From a virus, in the IMG/VR virus record IMGVR_UViG_3300045988_125200, positions 1 through 41,163 of that record: a DNA stretch of 41,163 bases, one strand, 5' to 3'. The position numbers were made by a program, and so were the translations under genes. The notes under the pieces are model-generated. The model was given only the letters and a program-made list of their open reading frames with translations, searched no databases and was not told the DNA's origin. Shown here piece after piece: positions 25,087 through 32,024 of the stretch; positions within the stretch are counted from its first letter, which is position 1, and each line of letters begins with the position of its first letter.

Positions 25087-25363
25087 AGTATCTCTCGGCA
25101 CTGGCCATGATCCCGAAGAAACCACCAACCATAATAAAGAAACATACTACCAACAGCAATTGCCACCAGCGTTCAACCATATCCAGTCTCAAAGACAAAA
25201 AGATGCCTGCTGCCATGTAAACTATGCATGTAATCTCACGGGCTGTCAGTTTAACTGGATTCGTTGTTGACTTTCGTTCTTCCTCCACCTGCACCGGGTG
25301 ATACGGTTCTGTTTTCCTGGTGGCATTCATTCTAGCCACTGGCGGATAATTAAGACTGCTCAT
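25073..25363 (-). CDS. Small membrane protein
   Basis: Two hydrophobic segments are present (ITCIVYMAAGIFLSL and LLLVVCFFIMVGGFFGIMA). Confidence 0.55.
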   Translation of the reverse strand: MSSLNYPPVARMNATRKTEPYHPVQVEEERKSTTNPVKLTAREITCIVYMAAGIFLSLRLDMVERWWQLLLVVCFFIMVGGFFGIMASAERYYEED

Positions 25364-25374
25364 TTTGTACCTCC

Positions 25375-25623
25375 TTATAATGGCTGCGGCTTTCTGATAA
25401 AAGCCACTCTTATTTCAAGTGCATCAAGAATCGCATATAACTCTTCAATCGTAAACCTCCCTGGTTCCCCAAGTTTGGTTGTCAATGTCTTTGTTGAAAA
25501 CTGTGCCTTTACCGCTATCTGCTCAGGGCTTTTATGATAACGGACCATCTCTCCTTTTATCATGCTGCTGATGAAATCTTCCCGTTCCTTTTTCTTTGGA
25601 ACAGAAACTAATGATTTTGCCAT
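25375..25623 (-). CDS. Hypothetical, possible HTH protein
   Basis: The ATG at 25623 follows AAGGAGG. Confidence 0.5.
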   Translation of the reverse strand: MAKSLVSVPKKKEREDFISSMIKGEMVRYHKSPEQIAVKAQFSTKTLTTKLGEPGRFTIEELYAILDALEIRVAFIRKPQPL

Positions 25624-25636
25624 GCTCTCCGCCTCC

Positions 25637-25843
25637 TTAATAAAATGTACGTATTTGCATAACACACACATCGTAATTCGGATTTCTCCGCTGAATAACT
25701 TCTTTCAACTTCTCAGCCTTTTCTCTGGTAAACTTCAATGCCCGATGAATGGCATTATCAAACGACAGACCGCTATTCTCTTTGCCGACAAGAACATAAA
25801 TCTTATCCTTCTGGTAGATGGCTACTGTGAATTCTTCTTCCAT
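25637..25843 (-). CDS. Hypothetical protein
   Basis: 68-aa ORF with RBS GGAGGGG. Confidence 0.5.
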   Translation of the reverse strand: MEEEFTVAIYQKDKIYVLVGKENSGLSFDNAIHRALKFTREKAEKLKEVIQRRNPNYDVCVMQIRTFY

Positions 25844-25861
25844 GGTTATCCCCTCCTTCTG

Positions 25862-25890
25862 TTGATTTTCTTCTCTGAATCTCCTATACT
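25862..25890 (+). promoter_or_regulatory. Sigma-70-type promoter of the protease gene
   Basis: TTGATT (25862-25867), a 17-nt spacer, then TATACT (25885-25890). The RBS AAAAGGAG follows before the ATG at 25943. Confidence 0.6.
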
Positions 25891-25942
25891 TTGATTACAG
25901 GCACTGCCATGCCGAGTACTTACCAAAAAGGAGTTTAAACTT

Positions 25943-26725
25943 ATGATTAATTCACCCGCAGACAAGATGTTAGATTGTGCCACTTTAGTCCAATCACACA
26001 ACCAAAACACAATTTCTTCCGCAACAGGATTTTTCTTCACGTTTAACATTGATGGAAATGCTGTTCCTGTCCTTATAAGCAATAGGCACGTTCTTGAATT
26101 TTCTCAAGCCATACAAATCCATTTACGTGTTTCCAATTTTCAATCCCGTGATGAACAACTAAATAGTTATCACCGCGTTGAAGTGAATATGAATATTAAA
26201 GAATCTGTCTTTCTTCACCCAAATCCAGAGATTGATTTGGCACTTGTACCTCTGGCCGGATTGATGCGACAATGTGAATCTCAAAACGAATATATAGCCA
26301 ATTTCTTCATACCAGAATCCTCGCTGTTGGCAGAAGAAGAATTTCGAAGTTTAACTGCCATAGAAAATCTGATTATGATTGGCTGCCCTGAAGGACATTA
26401 TGACCACTTTAATCACCTTCCTCTTATTCGTCGTGGAATAACTGCCTCTCACCCTACTTATAATTATAATGGGAAACCCGTTTTTCTATCTGATATCGCC
26501 TGTTTCCCTGGTTCTAGCGGTTCACCGATTTTTCTTTACAATCCATTTGGTTACGCTGATTATCAAACTCAGACGTATAGATTTGGGGAGAGCCGTATAA
26601 AACTAATCGGAATACAAAGCGCTGGTTATTTAAAACCAGATACCCGACAGTTCATTAATTTAGCTATCGCTCAAAAAGCCTATTTGCTAAAGGACTTTAA
26701 GTCTCTGTTGCAAAATTATCTTTAG
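25943..26725 (+). CDS. Trypsin-like (S1/Trypsin_2) serine protease, cytoplasmic
   Basis: The catalytic triad context is present: ISNRHV (His), EIDLALV (Asp) and FPGSSGSPIF (Ser). There is no signal peptide. It is the only plus-strand gene inside the early lytic operon. Confidence 0.8.
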   Translation: MINSPADKMLDCATLVQSHNQNTISSATGFFFTFNIDGNAVPVLISNRHVLEFSQAIQIHLRVSNFQSRDEQLNSYHRVEVNMNIKESVFLHPNPEIDLALVPLAGLMRQCESQNEYIANFFIPESSLLAEEEFRSLTAIENLIMIGCPEGHYDHFNHLPLIRRGITASHPTYNYNGKPVFLSDIACFPGSSGSPIFLYNPFGYADYQTQTYRFGESRIKLIGIQSAGYLKPDTRQFINLAIAQKAYLLKDFKSLLQNYL

Positions 26726-26981
26726 TTTTCCCCATTGAAACATGTTCGCGAGAAGCTTTGTGATTAATAGTCTGCTCTGTAATTTCTCTTTTGATGTTGA
26801 AATCAATTTTTAAGTCAAAGTATTGAAGCCGATCAATTGTCTGACGCAGACGTTCGGCTTCTTCCTTTGCCTGTTCGATAAGCTTTTCAAACTCAGTCAA
26901 ATTTGTTACTGAAATGTTTAATCGACCAGTCGGAACCGATGATTCACTTTGCTTTTGGTTTGCAATATAAAATCCATCCAT
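26697..26981 (-). CDS. Hypothetical coiled-coil protein
   Basis: 94-aa ORF. Its 3' end overlaps the protease 3' end convergently by 29 nt. Confidence 0.5.
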   Translation of the reverse strand: MDGFYIANQKQSESSVPTGRLNISVTNLTEFEKLIEQAKEEAERLRQTIDRLQYFDLKIDFNIKREITEQTINHKASREHVSMGKTKDNFATET

Positions 26982-27015
26982 CCTCTATCCCTCCTCTCTG
27001 TCTGGTTCGAATGAA

Positions 27016-27336
27016 TCAACTGTTCAAATTTAATTTTCGTTCAGAGCTCAGCATTTCACTTACTGGAATTCTTAAAACTTCCGACAAAGCAATAAGTATT
27101 GAAGCTTTCATATCTTGCTACCGTTCGCCTTTTTCTATAGAACAGTAATAGTTTGTTGAAATTCCGATACGCTTAGCTACATCTTCCTGTATCATTCCCA
27201 GTGATAACCGGGCGTTTTTTAAGTATTCTCTGAGGGAATTTTCTTCCGGTCCGCCTTCTATGCCCATACCTCTTTTGCTTTTCACTTCGGTCATGTTGAT
27301 TATTTTTATGCCGTTAGGATAATCGAGTCTTTGCAT
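27016..27336 (-). pseudogene. XRE-family HTH regulator interrupted by one in-frame TAG (27118..27120); either a pseudogene or a readthrough gene
   Basis: ..LSLGMIQEDVAKRIGISTNYYCSIEKGER*QDMKASILIALSEVLRIPVSEMLSSE.. The HTH_3 domain continues in the same frame after the TAG and ends at a TGA at 27016. Confidence 0.7.
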
Positions 27337-27358
27337 TAGCTACTCCTCCTCTCCTTTG

Positions 27359-27373
27359 TTGAATTTAATTCAC
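27359..27373. promoter_or_regulatory. Operator copy TTGAATTTAATTCAC (distal)
   Basis: Exact copy of the 27601 site, with a TGAAT-N3-ATTCA palindrome. It overlaps the cro-like stop and lies 23 nt upstream of the 27336 start. Confidence 0.55.
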
Positions 27374-27580
27374 TTCAGAATCAAAAAAAATAGCATCCCG
27401 CTCTCTGGTTGACAGTCTCAACACTTTTGATAAACTAGAAATTTCAGAAGCTTTAAATTCCGTGTTTCCTTTAAGCTTATTATATAAGCTTTCCCGCAAA
27501 ATTCCTGTCTTTTCCGCCAAAGAAACCATGGTCATACCCGAATCAGAAATTTTCTTTTCCAGCAATTTGGTATTAATCAC
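27365..27580 (-). CDS. Cro-like HTH regulator (first lytic gene)
   Basis: 71 aa, with a GTG start after GGAGG. The HTH is MTMVSLAEKTGILRESLYNKLKG. It is divergent from the CI-like gene. Confidence 0.65.
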   Translation of the reverse strand: MINTKLLEKKISDSGMTMVSLAEKTGILRESLYNKLKGNTEFKASEISSLSKVLRLSTRERDAIFFDSEVN

Positions 27581-27600
27581 ATTTTCACCTCCAAACCATG

Positions 27601-27615
27601 TTGAATTTAATTCAC
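27601..27615. promoter_or_regulatory. Operator copy TTGAATTTAATTCAC
   Basis: Palindromic site between the lytic -10 element and the cro-like RBS. Confidence 0.55.
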
Positions 27616-27621
27616 ACTAAC

Positions 27622-27650
27622 AATATATCACTAAGGTGAATTTGTGTCAA
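27622..27650 (-). promoter_or_regulatory. Early lytic promoter
   Basis: On the minus strand: TTGACA, a 17-nt spacer, then TATATT, upstream of the cro-like gene. Confidence 0.6.
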
Positions 27651-27651
27651 C
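27636..27651. promoter_or_regulatory. Operator-like variant GTGAATTTGTGTCAAC
   Basis: Related half-sites that overlap the -35 of the lytic promoter. Confidence 0.45.
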
Positions 27652-27668
27652 ACTTTTTAACATTTTTG

Positions 27669-27683
27669 TTGAATTTTTTTCAC
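27669..27683. promoter_or_regulatory. Operator-like variant TTGAATTTTTTTCAC
   Basis: Related site that overlaps the -35 of the repressor promoter. Confidence 0.45.
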
Positions 27684-27697
27684 ACATGTGCTATAGT
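27669..27697 (+). promoter_or_regulatory. Repressor (lysogenic) promoter
   Basis: TTGAAT, a 17-nt spacer, then TATAGT preceded by TGc (extended -10), upstream of the gene starting at 27721. Confidence 0.6.
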
Positions 27698-27720
27698 GTT
27701 CTCAGAAGGGATATGTCAAC

Positions 27721-28044
27721 ATGCTAGATTTATATAAGAATATTAAAAACTTAAGAGAAGCAAAAGGATTGTCGCAAGATGATTTAGCGAAATTAACCGG
27801 ATATACAAGTCGCTCTTCTATTGCAAAAATAGAAAAGGGCGAAGTGGATTTGCAGCAAAGCAAAATACTCGCATTCGCAAAAGCATTAGGCACAACTCCA
27901 GGGAAATTAATGGGCCTTACAGAAAATGATTATGTTGAAAAAGTAGATACTTTGGCAGCCCACTTCAGCGGTGACGAATACACAGAATCCGAACTGGATG
28001 AGATCCGCCAGTTCGCAGCATTTGTAAAGAACAAAAGAAAATAG
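27721..28044 (+). CDS. CI-like / ImmR-like XRE-family repressor
   Basis: The HTH_3 motif is LREAKGLSQDDLAKLTGYTSRSSIAKIEKGE. The gene heads the plus-strand lysogeny operon and is followed by ImmA. Confidence 0.85.
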   Translation: MLDLYKNIKNLREAKGLSQDDLAKLTGYTSRSSIAKIEKGEVDLQQSKILAFAKALGTTPGKLMGLTENDYVEKVDTLAAHFSGDEYTESELDEIRQFAAFVKNKRK

Positions 28045-28072
28045 ATACACATACCAGAGTGGGAGGTGTCTT

Positions 28073-28540
28073 ATGAACACATATGAAAAACTCCAAGATA
28101 AGGCCTGCAAGGACGGTATTGATGTGATAGATTATCCGTTCAATAGCAATAGAATCGATGGGTTATATTGCGACGGCACGATTGCTATCAGAAAAGATAT
28201 TGAAACATCGGCCGAAAAGGCATGTGTCTTGGCCGAAGAACTTGGTCACTACTATACCAGTCATGGAAACATTATCAATATGAATGATGTAAAAAGCAGA
28301 AAACAGGAACGTCAGGCAAGGGAATGGGGCTTCAATAACCGGATCGGGCTTCTCGGTATCATCCGTGCTTTCGAACACGGCTGCCGTAACCGATACGAAA
28401 CGGCTGAATACCTGGAAGTAACTGAAGAATACTTGGAAGAAGCACTGAAATGCTACAGAAGCAAATATGGAGTATATAAGGTCGTTGATAATTATGCAAT
28501 TACTTTTATTCCGAATTTAGCCGTTACAAGGATATTATAG
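28073..28540 (+). CDS. ImmA/IrrE-family metalloprotease (anti-repressor protease)
   Basis: An HExxH-type motif (LAEELGHYYTSHG) is present. Size and pairing with the XRE repressor support the call. Confidence 0.8.
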   Translation: MNTYEKLQDKACKDGIDVIDYPFNSNRIDGLYCDGTIAIRKDIETSAEKACVLAEELGHYYTSHGNIINMNDVKSRKQERQAREWGFNNRIGLLGIIRAFEHGCRNRYETAEYLEVTEEYLEEALKCYRSKYGVYKVVDNYAITFIPNLAVTRIL

Positions 28541-28567
28541 AGTTAAAGATGTAAGGGGAATTTTGTT

Positions 28568-29881
28568 ATGGGATTTTCTGATATATTTAAGGGTAAACAA
28601 TATAAAAGTGAACTTGAAACATTGCAACAAAAATATGATGAGTTACAGGCGCTACTTACGCCTGAAATGAGAAATGCACTGGCTCTTCAAGAGAAGATAC
28701 GAGAACTGAAGCAAAGCATTCAATCAGAGCAAAAAGAAATAGAATCTCTTGATAAAGCTATTGCGGATAAGCAAAACCATATCAGCTTATTGGACAACAC
28801 AATCTCAAACAAGAAATCTGAAATCGTGTCTCTTGATGATGAAATTTTGGTTCAGGAATTTGGACTTTATGAACCTTATTTTGATTTTGCAAATGCATTG
28901 GACTACAAAGAAGAGCTTGCAAAAATCCGCTCAAAACAAAAGGAATTGATAAAAAATAAAACAGCCGTTTCCGGAGCTACAGAATGGACGGTAAATGGGA
29001 GCGCGTCAAAAGGCAAAAAAATGGTATCTGACACACAGAAGCTTTTACTACGAGCCTTTAATACTGAATGTGATGAGCTTGTTGCTAAAGTAAAGTATAC
29101 CAATTTCGATGCTTCTCTTAATAAAATTTATAAGTCTGCTGAAGCTATATCAAAACTTGGAACAATTATGCATATATCTATCAACTCCAATTATCTCGAT
29201 TTAAAAATAAAAGAGTTACGTTTAGCATTTGAGTATCAGCAGAAAAAGCAGGAAGAAAAGGAAGCTCAAAAAGCTGCACGTGCTGAAATGCGAGAAGCCG
29301 CTCGATTGCAGAAAGAAATTGAAGCGCAGCGTAAAAAGATTGAAAAGGAACAGACACATTACCAGACTGCATATGATCACCTTCTTCATCAAATCGAGCA
29401 AAATCCAGGCAATGCCGATTTGTTAAAGAAGAAAGATGAATTGGAGAATCAATTAAATGACATCGATAAGGCTATGAAGGATATCGACTACAGAGAAGCT
29501 AATCAACGTGCCGGTTACGTCTATGTTATATCCAATATCGGTGCTTTTGGACCGAATGTTTACAAAATCGGAATGACCAGAAGATTAGACCCTCAGGACC
29601 GTGTTGATGAATTAGGTGACGCTTCTGTCCCATTCAATTTTGATGTTCATGCCATGATTTTCTCTGACGATGCACCGGCTTTGGAAGCTGCGCTCCATAG
29701 AGCATTTGAAGATAGAAAATTGAATATGGTTAATACTAGACGTGAATTTTTCAATGTTACTCTGGACGAAATCAAAGAAGTAGTCAAGAAAAGCTTTGAT
29801 AAAACTGTAGAATTTATTGACGTTCCAGATGCAGAACAATATCGTATCAGTCAGAAAATGCGTGAACATCAAAGTAAATAG
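28568..29881 (+). CDS. DUF4041 protein with a C-terminal T5orf172/MUG113 (GIY-YIG-like) domain
   Basis: The N-terminus is coiled-coil. The C-terminus reads GYVYVISN..VYKIGMTRRLDPQDRVDELGDASVPFNFDVHAMIFSDDAPALEAALHRAF..REFF. Confidence 0.75.
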   Translation: MGFSDIFKGKQYKSELETLQQKYDELQALLTPEMRNALALQEKIRELKQSIQSEQKEIESLDKAIADKQNHISLLDNTISNKKSEIVSLDDEILVQEFGLYEPYFDFANALDYKEELAKIRSKQKELIKNKTAVSGATEWTVNGSASKGKKMVSDTQKLLLRAFNTECDELVAKVKYTNFDASLNKIYKSAEAISKLGTIMHISINSNYLDLKIKELRLAFEYQQKKQEEKEAQKAARAEMREAARLQKEIEAQRKKIEKEQTHYQTAYDHLLHQIEQNPGNADLLKKKDELENQLNDIDKAMKDIDYREANQRAGYVYVISNIGAFGPNVYKIGMTRRLDPQDRVDELGDASVPFNFDVHAMIFSDDAPALEAALHRAFEDRKLNMVNTRREFFNVTLDEIKEVVKKSFDKTVEFIDVPDAEQYRISQKMREHQSK

Positions 29882-29953
29882 CCCTCGGAACTACATACTT
29901 TGATTAAATCGCTCTAGCGTTTCAATAATAAAATTCAAAAGGGGAAAAGTATT

Positions 29954-30508
29954 ATGAAAAAGAAAATCACAACTGCCATGCTTATTGCTGCAATGTCTAT
30001 GTCTATCATGGCGTGTGGCGGCGGCAAAACAACTGAAACACAGGCACCAACAACAGAAGCTCCTGCAGTTACCGAAACAGTCACAACAACTGAGGCTCCT
30101 ATCATAACTGAAACGCCGGATACCGAATCTGTTGACAATGGTATCATTGATTTTAAAGCTTCTGATTGTACAATTAAATATTTGAAACACGAATTCGCCG
30201 TAGATTGGGATGGTGACCCATGTTTGTTATATTATTTTACGTTTACCAATACCAGCGACACAAACGAATCCGCTGATTCAACAGTAATACTTCAATGCTT
30301 TCAGAACGGCATCGAATGCAACATGACCCAATTAGAAGAAGATAATGCAGAGATATCCCGATTCTACAAAGATATTCAACCAGGAACTAGTGTTGATGTA
30401 TGTGCTGTGTTTAAATTAGAAGATAACAGTGAAATTACCATGGAAGCCTCTGATTTTATTACCTTCGGAACCCCTAAAGGTAATATTCAAAAAATTACTG
30501 TAGAATAA
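29954..30508 (+). CDS. Lipoprotein (DUF5067-like), prophage-encoded surface protein
   Basis: A signal peptide with a lipobox (SMSIMAC|GGG) is followed by a Thr/Glu/Pro-rich linker and a beta-rich domain. Confidence 0.75.
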   Translation: MKKKITTAMLIAAMSMSIMACGGGKTTETQAPTTEAPAVTETVTTTEAPIITETPDTESVDNGIIDFKASDCTIKYLKHEFAVDWDGDPCLLYYFTFTNTSDTNESADSTVILQCFQNGIECNMTQLEEDNAEISRFYKDIQPGTSVDVCAVFKLEDNSEITMEASDFITFGTPKGNIQKITVE

Positions 30509-30586
30509 TTTTACATAAAATAGCAAAACCGCCCGGTGTTACCAGCACCGAACGGTTTCACATAGATTTCTTGTACAAGTCGAAGC

Positions 30587-30626
30587 TTGTGATCAATACA
30601 TCCTAGACAAGTGTATTGTATCACAA
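30587..30626. repeat. Imperfect inverted repeat upstream of the integrase gene
   Basis: TTGTGATCAATACA (30587-30600) and TGTATTGTATCACAA (30612-30626) are separated by 11 nt. Confidence 0.5.
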
Positions 30627-30685
30627 AAATCCGGCACCGTACAGGTGTATTTTTTATACCCATTTTTAAGATTGGAGTGATACAT

Positions 30686-31696
30686 ATGGCAACACCTAAA
30701 AAACTTCCTTCAGGCAACTGGCGTGTTCGTGTCTATGACTATACTGATGAATCAAATGTCAGGCACTACCGCTCTTTCACTGCCGCAACGAAAAAAGAAT
30801 GTTCTTACATGGCAGCGGAATTTTCACAGAACAAATCCCGCATTGCTGCAGGTGATTTGACTATTGCCGAGGCTATTGATGAATACATACGTGTCAAATC
30901 AGAAGTTTTATCTCGCAGTACGATCAGGGGCTATCAGACACAGCGCAAAAACTACTATAAAAGTATCGAAACCATACGGATCCGGACATTGACTACGCCT
31001 GTCGTACAGGAATGGATCAATCGCCTGGCAGGAAGACTTTCACCGAAGACTGTATCCAACGTGAACGGATTGTTGATGGCTGCACTTGCCATGTTTGCTC
31101 CGGAACTCAGGATCAACGTAACTCTGCCAAGAAAAATACCGGCACAGCTTTATACACCATCTGATTCAGATATAAAAGCTTTGTTGGCTGCCATTGATGA
31201 TGACGAGCTTTACTTGGCTGTCTTACTGGCCGCCTTCGGTCCATTGCGCCGTGGCGAGCTGTGCGCCTTAGAAAGCAGTGATGTACATGATAACTATATA
31301 ACTGTCAATAAATGCATGGTAAAGGATTCTGACGGCATCTGGCACGTTCAGCCGCGTCCCAAAACAGATGCTTCCTTCCGTACAGTAGACTTCCCGGAAT
31401 TTGTCATAGAACACATTCCCCAAAAAGAAGGCCGGATTTTTGACTGCAATCCGGATAACATAACCAACCGGTTTCACCGTACCATCCGAAGGAACAATCT
31501 TTCACCATTCCGCTTTCATGATCTCAGACATTATGCCGCCAGTATCATGCATGCTATCGGTGTTCCAGATCAGTATATCATGCAGCGCGGCGGATGGGCT
31601 ACAGACGGCATCATGAAATCCGTCTACAGAGATGCTATCGATGAGCAGACTGTCAAAATGAATCGGCTTATCAATAAACACTTCTCGTCTCTGTGA
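30686..31696 (+). CDS. int: Tyrosine integrase
   Basis: The catalytic residues are in context: RRGE, HDLRH, GGW and VYRD (Tyr). The ATG at 30686 follows TGGAGTG. Confidence 0.9.
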   Translation: MATPKKLPSGNWRVRVYDYTDESNVRHYRSFTAATKKECSYMAAEFSQNKSRIAAGDLTIAEAIDEYIRVKSEVLSRSTIRGYQTQRKNYYKSIETIRIRTLTTPVVQEWINRLAGRLSPKTVSNVNGLLMAALAMFAPELRINVTLPRKIPAQLYTPSDSDIKALLAAIDDDELYLAVLLAAFGPLRRGELCALESSDVHDNYITVNKCMVKDSDGIWHVQPRPKTDASFRTVDFPEFVIEHIPQKEGRIFDCNPDNITNRFHRTIRRNNLSPFRFHDLRHYAASIMHAIGVPDQYIMQRGGWATDGIMKSVYRDAIDEQTVKMNRLINKHFSSL

Positions 31697-31698
31697 AG

Positions 31699-31721
31699 CG
31701 TGTCATATTCCGTGTCATATT
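31699..31721 (+). repeat. Tandem CGTGTCATATT x2 (putative integrase arm-type sites, P arm)
   Basis: Copies at 31699-31709 and 31711-31721, with a 12-nt period, immediately after the int stop. Confidence 0.5.
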
Positions 31722-31770
31722 AATTTGCAAAACAATGCTTTATGATGACAATTTAATGCAAAAATAAGAA

Positions 31771-31813
31771 AAAGCAAGCACCCCGGGAAAACTCTGAAAT
31801 GCTTGCTTTTTCT
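31771..31813 (+). terminator. Terminator of the integrase transcript
   Basis: AAGCAAGC ... GCTTGCTT stem (large loop) followed by TTTTTC. Confidence 0.5.
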
Positions 31814-31823
31814 GTACATATAG

Positions 31824-31854
31824 CAAAAAAGCGGCTTTCCTAAGAAAACCGCTT
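31824..31854 (-). terminator. Terminator at the end of the lytic (late) transcript
   Basis: The minus strand reads AGCGGTTTTC-TTAG-GAAAGCCGCT (10 bp) followed by TTTTTT. Confidence 0.7.
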
Positions 31855-31927
31855 TCCAGCTGATGACGGGAATTGAAAACGTTTTTTCTACCTATATTAA
31901 TAGGAAGAATCACCGTTTCAGAAAAAC

Positions 31928-31949
31928 CGTGTCATATTTCGTGTCATAC
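31928..31949 (+). repeat. Tandem CGTGTCATAT(T/C) x2 (putative integrase arm-type sites, P' arm)
   Basis: Copies at 31928-31938 and 31940-31949. Orientation and period match the 31699 pair. Confidence 0.5.
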
Positions 31950-32024
31950 GGCCGAAAAAACTGTATTTTTTTACAGTCAAAGCTTTCGCTTCATTATCCC
32001 ACAGCTGATAAAAAAACGCAAGAA

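Noticed and set aside
25846-26082. 78-aa minus-strand ORF opposite the protease 5' end
   Set aside because: It has no RBS and its composition is typical of an antisense frame. The plus-strand protease has a clear catalytic triad.
27359-27683. Repeated TTGAATTTAATTCAC copies as a possible CRISPR or mini-array
   Set aside because: There are only four copies with irregular spacing. They are palindromic and positioned on promoter elements, so they are operators and not CRISPR repeats. No CRISPR-like array was seen anywhere in the window.
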